From positions 124,001-188,000 of the IMG/VR virus record IMGVR_UViG_3300037010_001227: DNA of 64,000 nt. One strand, given 5' to 3'. This document shows, piece by piece, positions 10,107-18,768 of this stretch. Made by a program: the position numbers and the translations under genes. The notes beneath the pieces are model-generated. The model did not search any database, was not told where the DNA came from, and worked only from the letters and a program-made list of their open reading frames with translations. The first letter of the stretch is position 1. The number at the start of each line of letters is the position of its first letter.

Positions 10107-10108
10107 AT

Positions 10109-10191
10109 GTGCCGTTAGCCGATTTCGCCTTCTAAGCGATTATTCGTAGTTGGAGCTGCAAACGGGGGTTCGAGTCCCTCACGGCACACCA
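10109..10191 (+). tRNA. atypical tRNA-Arg(UCU)-like RNA lacking the D-arm
   Basis: Acceptor GTGCCGT/ACGGCAC+ACCA; anticodon arm TCGC-CTTCTAA-GCGA; T-arm GGGGG-TTCGAGT-CCCTC; too few nt for a D-arm; extra stem GTAGT-TGGA-GCTGC. Confidence 0.75.
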
Positions 10192-10291
10192 GTTCTTCTA
10201 AATGTCATGGAGTATTATTTTTGAACTATACGCAAGGATGCTGTATTTAGTTTTTTATAGGCGAAAACCAATTAAGTCTTTAAGGAGTCAT

Positions 10292-10699
10292 ATGAAGAAA
10301 TTTCTGATGCTGATGTTGTTAATGTGTAGTGGTTATTCGTTAACAGCACCAACAACAGTGAACCAGCAAGAACCTGCTGGAGTAGTCACTGAAACTCTCC
10401 AAGAAGTTAGAACTGGAACTATCTCTTGGTATGGTCGTTCTTCCCATGGAAGAAAGATGGCTAATGGTGCTCTGTTTGATATGTATAAATTCACCTGTGC
10501 TCATCCTTACTTTCCATTTGGAACGATGCTATTAATTAAAGAAGCTACTACTGGTAACTCAGTAGTAGTGGAAGTCACTGATAGAGGGCCTTTCGTAAAA
10601 TCAAGAATTTTAGACCTCTCTTATAGTGCAGCCAAGGCCCTTGGTATAATAACAGCAGGAACAGCCAAAGTTACCGTATTTTTAATTACGAAACCATAA
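10292..10699 (+). CDS. rlpA: RlpA-family (DPBB) lytic transglycosylase with signal peptide
   Basis: ISWYG..HGRKMANG..TCAH..PFGT..VTDRGPF..RILDLS; hydrophobic N-terminus; SD AGGAG before ATG 10292. Confidence 0.9.
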   Translation: MKKFLMLMLLMCSGYSLTAPTTVNQQEPAGVVTETLQEVRTGTISWYGRSSHGRKMANGALFDMYKFTCAHPYFPFGTMLLIKEATTGNSVVVEVTDRGPFVKSRILDLSYSAAKALGIITAGTAKVTVFLITKP

Positions 10700-10919
10700 C
10701 AATTACATATTCTGGAGGGGTTATGAAATCCCACGCTAAAGCGCATGTAACTACCAGAAAACATTACAAATACAAAGTAGCGCAAGCATTTGGAATGCTT
10801 TTTCTACAACTAACAGATATGATGAATCCAGAGAGGTCAGTATCTCTCCGAATACTTCATAAACATGTGCGTAGGAAGGATTTAATATATACTCTGCACA
10901 GGCTGTTAACAATGCCGTG

Positions 10920-10971
10920 ATCTTTTTATATACAGTAGCTCTTCTAGTGCGAGCTACTGCAATAAGAAGAT
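10920..10971 (+). repeat. intergenic imperfect hairpin, family member 8
   Basis: ATCTTTTTATA-TACAGTAGCTC / GAGCTACTGCA-ATAAGAAGAT. Confidence 0.7.
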
Positions 10972-11011
10972 TTTGGAAATCTAATGGTAGTTTTCCATTG
11001 TGGAGGTTAAA

Positions 11012-12448
11012 ATGGTTATGGACGTTGAAACCGTTGAAACGTCTGATAGGTTCAAGATTTTGTCAAACGAAACTGAAGTGATTCAGTCTATCATCAAACA
11101 TTGCAGCATTATTCTGGTTAAACCAGTTCAATCTGGTAAGACCAGTGATGTGTTCAAGATTGTTGAAACAACTTATAAGAACTCTGCTACTATCTTTGTA
11201 TCAGATAAGAACTCTGCATTGGCAGGACAAACTAATGTTCGAGCTAAAATTCAAGGTTTCACCGTTTTGAATTTCAATGAAGCCACAAGAAAAGAACGTG
11301 GCGGAATCATTAATGATTTGCCTAAAAGTGTGGGAAAAAAGAAGATTTTTCACTTTTTGATGGAAGTTAATAACTTGGATTTGTTGTATGCTATCGTTCT
11401 TAGTGCAACTTATCCAATAACTCTTATTATTGATGAAGGTGACAAAAACAGGAACGTTGCAGACTTTGAAGAGTCTGATAATGAAGGTAATAATCTTCCT
11501 ATTATCACAAGAAAACTTCTTACCATCAAGAATAGGCTCAAAAAGCGTGAAGATGGAAGTAAAGTTATCTTTGTTACAGCAACTCCTCAAAGTCTTCTGG
11601 TATCTGAAAAAGATCCAGACAGATTGGTTGTTTACAAAGAGCCTTACAAAAATTATATTGGAGCAGGATTGGATCATGAACCTGATGTTGAAGTAATTCA
11701 TGCAATCAGAACTAATCCAGTTCCTGCAAGTGAGCGATGGTCTAACAGTTCCTGGGATGTTTCAAGTAATAGTTTCAGGCATGGTGTGGACATTGCAATT
11801 GACAAATTCAAAAATCTTGGAACAAAAGATCCTACCGTAAAACAAATTCTACTCATCTCTCTTGAAAGCAGAAATGCTTCTCAATCAAAGATGGGTGAAT
11901 TTGTTAAAGAATGCCTGCAAGATAACGAAGATATTGACATCATCATCTTTAATGGGGAGACTAAAAAGAAACAGAATTTTCTACTTTCAGACCTCATCGG
12001 TTTTTCCAAGAAACGAAAGATTGTAATTATCGCTGGTTTTATGGCAGCGCGGGGAGTGTCTTTCACGGATTTTAGTGACCCAGAAAACAAATACGAACTT
12101 GTTATACAGGTTCACAATACGAAAGAACAAGATCCATTGAACTCTTCGTTGCAGGCAATGCGTATTTTTGGACCTGCAAGAAGAACTGTTACAAGACCAT
12201 TTATGATTTGTAACAGTATTTGCGCACAAGATTTACGATACAATTTTGTAGAATGTTATCGAGTTATCCATGACTTAGCATTGGGACTTCCCAGTATTGA
12301 TCGTGGAGCCTATGACATTTCAAGGCCTTTAACACAAAAATACAACTTCAGGTATATGTTGCAATCCAGTTATGGGAGAACTCTCTTGTTTGAATCTCCC
12401 AAAGAAGAGGATCACATGCCAGTAAACACTTGGGGTTCTGATCTATAA
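11012..12448 (+). CDS. SF2 helicase-like ATPase resembling Z1-domain-associated proteins
   Basis: Walker A PVQSGKT, Walker B IIDEGD, motif III VTATP, C-terminal IAGFMAARGVSF and LQAMRIFG. Confidence 0.7.
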   Translation: MVMDVETVETSDRFKILSNETEVIQSIIKHCSIILVKPVQSGKTSDVFKIVETTYKNSATIFVSDKNSALAGQTNVRAKIQGFTVLNFNEATRKERGGIINDLPKSVGKKKIFHFLMEVNNLDLLYAIVLSATYPITLIIDEGDKNRNVADFEESDNEGNNLPIITRKLLTIKNRLKKREDGSKVIFVTATPQSLLVSEKDPDRLVVYKEPYKNYIGAGLDHEPDVEVIHAIRTNPVPASERWSNSSWDVSSNSFRHGVDIAIDKFKNLGTKDPTVKQILLISLESRNASQSKMGEFVKECLQDNEDIDIIIFNGETKKKQNFLLSDLIGFSKKRKIVIIAGFMAARGVSFTDFSDPENKYELVIQVHNTKEQDPLNSSLQAMRIFGPARRTVTRPFMICNSICAQDLRYNFVECYRVIHDLALGLPSIDRGAYDISRPLTQKYNFRYMLQSSYGRTLLFESPKEEDHMPVNTWGSDL

Positions 12449-12472
12449 CAACTTTTTGCGAGGATGCTTTAA

Positions 12473-12685
12473 GTGAGTAATCTTCTGGGAAGTTTCAAGT
12501 TAAGCCAAATAATTGTGAACTTCGGTCTTAGAACCTCTGAGGCTGACGCGAAGTGTAGTATCAGAAATGGAGTAGTTGCAGTAAACGGAAAGACCGAAAT
12601 CAATCCTGAAAAAGAAATTTCATTAGTAACACTCAACGAACTGAAGTGCGGAAAGCACCTCATTGTTCTCAACCGTTCCAACTAA
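12473..12685 (+). CDS. stand-alone S4-like RNA-binding domain (TyrRS C-terminal-like)
   Basis: GLRTSEADAKCSIRNGVVAVNG...KCGK matches the S4 pattern GL..S..EA...I..G.V.VNG...GK. Confidence 0.6.
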   Translation: MSNLLGSFKLSQIIVNFGLRTSEADAKCSIRNGVVAVNGKTEINPEKEISLVTLNELKCGKHLIVLNRSN

Positions 12686-12897
12686 CTGGAGGCTATATGG
12701 AAATGGTAAAAGTCTTTGTTGAAACCATCGGAAACATTGGTGAGTTTCCACGAGGAGCAGACGTTCATGGGTCTATTTATCGTATTATTGCTGGGATGCA
12801 AGTTACACATCCTGGGGATCGTCTGAACTATGTTGTTATTGATAGCAGAGGAAACAGAGTTGGTGCTGGTAGTTTAGCTTTTTAAATACATATTTGT

Positions 12898-12934
12898 AAA
12901 GCCTAGTATCCATTTCGGATACTAGGCTTTTTTT
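12898..12934 (+). terminator. Rho-independent terminator
   Basis: GCCTAGTATCC/GGATACTAGGC 11-bp stem + T7. Confidence 0.85.
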
Positions 12935-13530
12935 ATGTCTACTCTTCTGAGGTGAAAATGAATTTGAAACCTAATTTTACTTATCCTAGAATTGGTGCAA
13001 AAATTAGAATCATTGGAGATGGTTTTAATGCTGACCGATATGGATATTACCTTGAAAAAACAGAAACTGGTCAATTGGTATTGGATATGGACCCAAACAA
13101 TATTTTTCCTCCAGATCGTAAGAAAGAAATTATTAATGTTTGGGACAACTTTGAAGTAATCTAATTGGAGATATAATGTATAATAATTCTTCGTAGTATT
13201 AATACTACTATTTTCTTTCTGATTGCTCAGTATAAGAAGGTTCTAAATGGCATTTCTAATAAGTGGTTTGAGAGTAAAGTAACTAGTTCCCAAAAATACT
13301 AAAGATACTTGGAAAACAAAGCAGATAGATGTCATTAATCCAATTCCTGCAAACCTATAGGTACTCCTGAAATTCCCATAATCAAGTGACAAAATGTAAC
13401 TTCTGCTTGTTATGCCATTTAGTTATAAAAGATCCCATGTGAATGAAATAAGATATAACAGTAGAAGAATAACTCAATAACACTGAATCGGAGTCTTTCA
13501 TTAGGCTTCGATTCAATTTTAGGAGCTAAC

Positions 13531-13863
13531 ATGGCATCTGTTCAAGAAGATATCATTGTTGCTGGTAAATATATCCAGCTAAAAGATTCAGCCAAATCGA
13601 GAGGAATTGATTTTGAGTTAAGTCTTAAACGAGTTAGACAGTTAATGACTCAGAAAGTTTGTTATTACACACGAATTCGCTTTGTCAAAGACGACCAAAA
13701 TTCTCCATATTATCCAACTGTGGATCGAATCGACGCTAGTAAGGGATACACAAATGACAATGTTGTTATGTGTGTAAAATATATCAATAATGCCAAGACT
13801 AATCTTACTGTAACTGATATGCGTAAGATTTTCAGAAAGCTGCAATCTGTTGGTAAATTGTAA
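13531..13863 (+). CDS. small HNH-like (His-Me finger) nuclease-family protein
   Basis: CYYT...TVDRIDASKGYTNDNVVMCVKYINNAK; DRID-x3-GY-x3-N-x3-C-x4-N pattern. Confidence 0.6.
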   Translation: MASVQEDIIVAGKYIQLKDSAKSRGIDFELSLKRVRQLMTQKVCYYTRIRFVKDDQNSPYYPTVDRIDASKGYTNDNVVMCVKYINNAKTNLTVTDMRKIFRKLQSVGKL

Positions 13864-14003
13864 TGCTGAACAAAACCCAACAAAGTCGATTAAATAAAAT
13901 AGTAGAAGATTGTATTAGAGACTATATTAGTGATGAAATAAACAGTATTATCACCACTCCCAATTATTAAATAATAAATAATCAAATCACATGGAGAAAT
14001 ACT

Positions 14004-14201
14004 ATGAAATGTGTTAAATCCACTATTGACAACGTAATTCGTCGAGTTCGTGACGATATTGCTACCGAATTGGTAGAGAACAAGAAGTTTACTTTCTGTA
14101 GCAAGGAAGAGTGGAAGAAGCAGACTCGACCTGAAAACTGGAAGAATACGGAAGTAATCAATCCAGAGAAGCCTAAGTTCAGTAAGAGGCATCGTTACTA
14201 A
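14004..14201 (+). CDS. small basic hypothetical protein
   Basis: SD GGAG; followed by a terminator. Confidence 0.7.
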   Translation: MKCVKSTIDNVIRRVRDDIATELVENKKFTFCSKEEWKKQTRPENWKNTEVINPEKPKFSKRHRY

Positions 14202-14216
14202 TTCGATTAACAATTA

Positions 14217-14260
14217 GGCCACCAACTCAGTTTAACTTGGGTTGGTGGCCACTTTTTTGT
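14217..14260 (+). terminator. Rho-independent terminator
   Basis: GGCCACCAAC../..GTTGGTGGCC + ACTTTTTT. Confidence 0.75.
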
Positions 14261-14564
14261 TAGGAAAAGTTATGTGTGAAAACGTTCTAAGGTTTAATAA
14301 AACCAAAGAAGAACTACTTAAAGAGGGTGAAACTCTTTATGTAGTTATCACCACAAAGAATGGTCTTTGGTATGCAGTTTCCAGTCTTTGTAATGTCAAT
14401 GAACAGACTGATGATGTTCGAGAAGCTATTCTTGAACATAAAGAAGGAATCCCACTGTTTCCAACTAAGGAATTGTGTTTGGCTCAGGTGAGAGCTGAAG
14501 CTGTTCCTTTTGAAAATATTGGAATCAAAGTCAAAGTCTTCACTGTCATGAATCAGGAGCTATA

Positions 14565-15215
14565 ATGACTAAGTCGTTTAAGTTTAATCTCAACTATGTA
14601 GTTTTTGGTGTTTTTTCTCTTGTGCTGATAGTGCTATCATATACAAAAACAGTTCCAATGTCTATGACAGAAGTTCTTGGGTTTATCACTGGAGCTTTGT
14701 GTGTCTGGCTCTGTGTGATAGAAAATATCTGGAACTGGCCTATTGGCATCGCTAATAGTGTATTCTTTCTGATTATGTTTTGGCAAGCTAATCTGTTTGC
14801 CGATTCACTACTTCAGATTGTATACATTACTACCGGTTTCTACGGCTGGTGGGAATGGTTGTATGGTGGAGAAAATAGAAGTAATCGTAAGATCGACAAT
14901 AGCAGTCTAATTGAATTAGCGTTAGTTATAGTGGCTGTAGGTGGGATTACGTGGCTCATGTATCTGCGTCTAACTGCAATCAAAGACGCTTCGCCATTCC
15001 TAGATGCTTTCACCACGGCTCTAAGCCTTGGTGGTCAGTATCTTCTGTGCAGGAAATTTATTCAAAATTGGCATTTCTGGATTGTTGCAGATATCCTTTA
15101 CATCTATCTGTATTTCAATCAGTCTTTGTATCTAACTGGTATTCTTTACATCGGTTTCTTCATCATGGCTTGTATGGGTCTATTTGAATGGAAGAGGAGA
15201 AAGAAGAATGGTTAA
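14565..15215 (+). CDS. pnuC: nicotinamide riboside transporter PnuC
   Basis: Multi-TM protein; NIWNWPIG, YGWWEW, FLDAFTT, QNWHFWIVAD motifs; next to nadR. Confidence 0.9.
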   Translation: MTKSFKFNLNYVVFGVFSLVLIVLSYTKTVPMSMTEVLGFITGALCVWLCVIENIWNWPIGIANSVFFLIMFWQANLFADSLLQIVYITTGFYGWWEWLYGGENRSNRKIDNSSLIELALVIVAVGGITWLMYLRLTAIKDASPFLDAFTTALSLGGQYLLCRKFIQNWHFWIVADILYIYLYFNQSLYLTGILYIGFFIMACMGLFEWKRRKKNG

Positions 15216-15219
15216 TACT

Positions 15220-15561
15220 TAATGTGTAATACTTGTTCTTGAATTATTACACATTAACTGGACTTTCAGTATACCCATCCTGAGCTTTTGAATGACAATC
15301 TCTACATAATGTTGTTATATTCGATATTTATCCTGCTAAGTAAATATCAACTTTAACTGGTATAATAGAACAGTAAGGCTACCAAAAGACATATATTTTT
15401 TTAATCTATTACTCTATTACTAATTCCTATAGTGAGCTTATGTGTTCTTTTAGCTAGGTTTCTAATTGACTCCCGAGTTCGTGTAGGAAATATTGATTAC
15501 TATTGGAATAGTGTTGTAGTAATATATCGTCTTCTTATTTAATCCATTTAACTTTTGTCAT
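15220..15561 (-). pseudogene. decayed HTH-repeat + HNH endonuclease
   Basis: Minus strand reads MTKVKWIK*EDDILLQHY, FPTRTRESIRNLAKR and TTLCRDCHSK with stops and frameshifts. Confidence 0.55.
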
Positions 15562-15583
15562 AGATGATTTCTCAAGGAATAAC

Positions 15584-16564
15584 ATGGTAAACGGATTAAT
15601 TTGCGGAAAATTCTATCCTTTCCACAAAGGACATGAATTTCTGATTAAAACTGCATCAGAACAATGTGATATATTAAACGTTCTGGTTGTAATAGGAGAC
15701 AATGAAGAACCACATGCTTATACAAGAGCAGAATGGATTAAAGCTACATTTCCTCGTAGCAATGTTCACGTTGGTAGCATTATGGATATTCATGATGATA
15801 CTAATTCAGAAGCCTGGGCGATAGCAACTAAGAAAGTAATAGACTACTGTGATATTCACAAAGTTTTCACAAGTGAAGATTACGGTAATGAATACGCAAA
15901 ATATCTTGGAGCAGAACATATCTGTGTGGATAAGAATCGAGTTACTTATCCTTGTTCTGGTTCTCTTATCAGGTCTAATCCTCTTGAACAGTGGGGATTT
16001 CTTCCTGATGCAGTTAAAGCCTATTATGCACTTCGTATCTGTATTATTGGTGCAGAGTCTACTGGAACCACAACTTTGGCAAAAGATCTTGCTAAATATT
16101 ATGGAACTACGTGGGTTGGAGAATATGGAAGACATTACACAGAATCTAGGGGTTTGAAAATTCCTTGGAAATCTTCTGAATTTGAACATATTGCAACAAT
16201 GCAGTCTTTAAATGAAGATGCAATCGCAAGAATCTGCAATAGAGTTCTTATCTGTGATACCGATGCTTTTGCTACTAAGTTATGGCATCGCAGGTATATG
16301 GAAGGAACAGATAATCCGATACTTAATGAGTTAATTGCCAGTAGAAATATTATGGGGCTTAAAAAATCTTTATACATTCTTACTGGTGATGAGATTCCCT
16401 TTGTTCCTGATTCTACCAGAGATGGTGAAAGTATTAGAAAACAAATGACAATAGACTTCATGAATGAGCTTAATAAAGAAAATCTCCCATGGATGATTGT
16501 TACTGGCTCTCCTGTGCAAAGAATGCTAGATGCAACAAGAGTAATTTCTTCTCTCCTGGGATAA
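15584..16564 (+). CDS. nadR: NadR-type bifunctional NMN adenylyltransferase / ribosylnicotinamide kinase (no HTH)
   Basis: GKFYPFHKGH (HIGH-like), SGSLIR, Walker A GAESTGTTTL, EYGR, CDTDA. Confidence 0.9.
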   Translation: MVNGLICGKFYPFHKGHEFLIKTASEQCDILNVLVVIGDNEEPHAYTRAEWIKATFPRSNVHVGSIMDIHDDTNSEAWAIATKKVIDYCDIHKVFTSEDYGNEYAKYLGAEHICVDKNRVTYPCSGSLIRSNPLEQWGFLPDAVKAYYALRICIIGAESTGTTTLAKDLAKYYGTTWVGEYGRHYTESRGLKIPWKSSEFEHIATMQSLNEDAIARICNRVLICDTDAFATKLWHRRYMEGTDNPILNELIASRNIMGLKKSLYILTGDEIPFVPDSTRDGESIRKQMTIDFMNELNKENLPWMIVTGSPVQRMLDATRVISSLLG

Positions 16565-16725
16565 CTTTACTACAAACAACGAAGATGAAGCAATTGCAGA
16601 ATTAACTAGACTAACCAGAGAGAATAACCAAGAATACATTTTGATTGTATCTACTTGGAAGTCCTCTCCACTTCAACTACTAATCAAATACGAAAGGTAT
16701 TAACTTGAAACTAGTAATTTTTTTT

Positions 16726-16983
16726 GGCAAACAACGAAATTATTTTCCAGACTTTTTGTTAAATAATAAATATATAGTAGAAATAAAACCAAGTAGGTTA
16801 AAAATACTCCTACAGTATTAGCCAAACAACAGGCGGCTATAACTTATTACAATAGTATTAGGTTATTATATAAGACTATAACACCTAAAACTCACCACAG
16901 AACAAATAATAGAACTATGTAATAATAAAACAGTAATTTTTCTACCAAGATATGAAAAACTATTACAAGAAAAATATCTATAG
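16726..16983 (+). pseudogene. remnant of a TnsA-like PD-(D/E)xK endonuclease
   Basis: GKQRNYFPDFLLNNKYIVEIKP followed by frameshifts. Confidence 0.55.
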
Positions 16984-17009
16984 GATGGTGTATTATTAAA
17001 CTGGTTATA

Positions 17010-17474
17010 TTGATGTGTGGAATACCAGGTTCTGGTAAAAGCACTACGTGCAAACGATTAGCTACCGATTACTTAAGCAAGGGATTTTCAGTTGAGATTT
17101 GTTCTGCTGACGATTTCTTTATGAAGAGCGGAACATATCAGTTCGATTTCAAGCTGTTGGGTTCAGCCCATAAAATGTGCCAAGGTTTATTTAAGGGTGC
17201 ATTAGAAAGAAATACTGATATTGTTATTGTTGACAACACTAACATAAGACCTCAAGATAGAAAGTATTACTATAAGGTCGCTGAAGAGCATGGTTATACT
17301 ATTGTTCTTGAAGTTATACAAGGTGATGTTGATATCTGTGAGCAGAGAAATGTTCATGGAGTTCCGCGAGAAACAATACAACGAATGAAAACAATGTTAA
17401 CCTTATCATCAGGTAAATACATTGTAACATTCAATTCAAACAATAACACTTTTGACGAAGTCAAGATTCTTTGA
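17010..17474 (+). CDS. P-loop kinase (AAA_33 / polynucleotide-kinase-like, N4BP2-type)
   Basis: GIPGSGKST, SADDFF, IVDNTN, RNVHGVP. Confidence 0.85.
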   Translation: MMCGIPGSGKSTTCKRLATDYLSKGFSVEICSADDFFMKSGTYQFDFKLLGSAHKMCQGLFKGALERNTDIVIVDNTNIRPQDRKYYYKVAEEHGYTIVLEVIQGDVDICEQRNVHGVPRETIQRMKTMLTLSSGKYIVTFNSNNNTFDEVKIL

Positions 17475-17483
17475 GGTTTATAA

Positions 17484-17828
17484 ATGATTACTCTTTATTC
17501 CAAATGGCCTTATAAGAGAACTAAGGCCACCCGAGTTCTTTTCTGGCAAGTAGTGAATAATGAAACTGGTCTTACGATGAAGATCATGAATCTAGCTGAG
17601 TTTCTTCGTGATACTGGTATTGTGGTTGATTATAAGAAGTTGGTAAAATCGATATATAGAAATAATAACTTCACAAATCTTGAAGAGTTCTCAATTTATC
17701 GGATTCTCAAAAACAGAGAGTTTGATACTACTTTTGAAGTAGTAACAAAACGTAAAATTCGTAGGGATAAAGTAACTGGTAAGAAAACCTATAGACATCT
17801 TACTCTTCGTAATGGTGTAATTTCGTAA
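17484..17828 (+). CDS. basic hypothetical protein
   Basis: SD GAGG; translationally coupled to rnc (TAATG). Confidence 0.7.
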   Translation: MITLYSKWPYKRTKATRVLFWQVVNNETGLTMKIMNLAEFLRDTGIVVDYKKLVKSIYRNNNFTNLEEFSIYRILKNREFDTTFEVVTKRKIRRDKVTGKKTYRHLTLRNGVIS

Positions 17829-18493
17829 TGCTGTCAACAATTATAACAAAAGAATCTCTAAGTAAAGCTAACGACTTAATTACACAAGCACTGGTTCATC
17901 AGTCATATGCTTTTGAGCATAAAGTGGAATCTAATGAGCGGTTAGAACTACTTGGAGATTCTGTTATTTCTCTTCTATGTATTAACTATCTGTATGAAAA
18001 ATATCCTCAATATGATGAAGGAGAACTCACTCAGATTAAAACATACATGGTAAATGGTAAACAACTATCACTTATAGGAGAGAAATTAGGATTAGACAAA
18101 CGAATCAAACTCGGAACAGGAGAAGTTCTTAGTTCTAAAACAGTGGGCCGTGCTTTTGAAGCTCTTATTGGTGCGTATTATTTGAGTATGGGCTTTGAAA
18201 GCACTAAAAAATGTCTTAACTTGATATTTGATCAGTTAGATTCTGGTCAAATTGAACAAATTCTTTATAACTACAAAGGGGATTTACAAAAATACTCTCA
18301 ATTGAAGTTTAAAGAAGATCCGCACTACGAAGTAACAAAACAAAGTGGACAACCACATAATAGAGAGTATACCGTAAAGGTTACAATTAAAAGCAATAAA
18401 ACGCTTACTGGAATCGGTTCAGGAAAAAGTAAGAAAGAAGCTGAACAACAGGCTGCAAAAACCCTTCTAGCCATATTGGAGAAGAAGCAATGA
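17828..18493 (+). CDS. rnc: ribonuclease III
   Basis: ALVHQS, signature NERLELLGDSV, FEALIGA, C-terminal dsRBD (YKGDLQ...GQPH...GKSKKEAEQQAA). Confidence 0.95.
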   Translation: MLSTIITKESLSKANDLITQALVHQSYAFEHKVESNERLELLGDSVISLLCINYLYEKYPQYDEGELTQIKTYMVNGKQLSLIGEKLGLDKRIKLGTGEVLSSKTVGRAFEALIGAYYLSMGFESTKKCLNLIFDQLDSGQIEQILYNYKGDLQKYSQLKFKEDPHYEVTKQSGQPHNREYTVKVTIKSNKTLTGIGSGKSKKEAEQQAAKTLLAILEKKQ

Positions 18494-18768
18494 TTAGCAT
18501 CCATCAGCGCGTAGTTAGTTTTCTCATCGAAAATCTGAAATGTGTTGAAACTACCAGCAAGAAAACTGTTCAGCCTTATCGGAAGTTTAGGTATCAGGGA
18601 ACTGAAAACTTCTTCTTGACTGACTCACGATTGTTTATTGGAGAATCTTTCTTGAATGCTCGACCAGCTGATTCTGTGTTCACAAAAGCAATCTCTTCTG
18701 GAAAATAGAGGTAGTAAATGATTAACGCAACTGCACTATTTTCTTTCATCTAAACAGGATATAATATA

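Noticed and set aside
693-10971. Hairpins as integron attC sites or intrinsic terminators
   Set aside because: No consistent RYYYAAC/GTTRRRY boxes and no integrase in the window; no canonical terminator U-tracts follow the stems.
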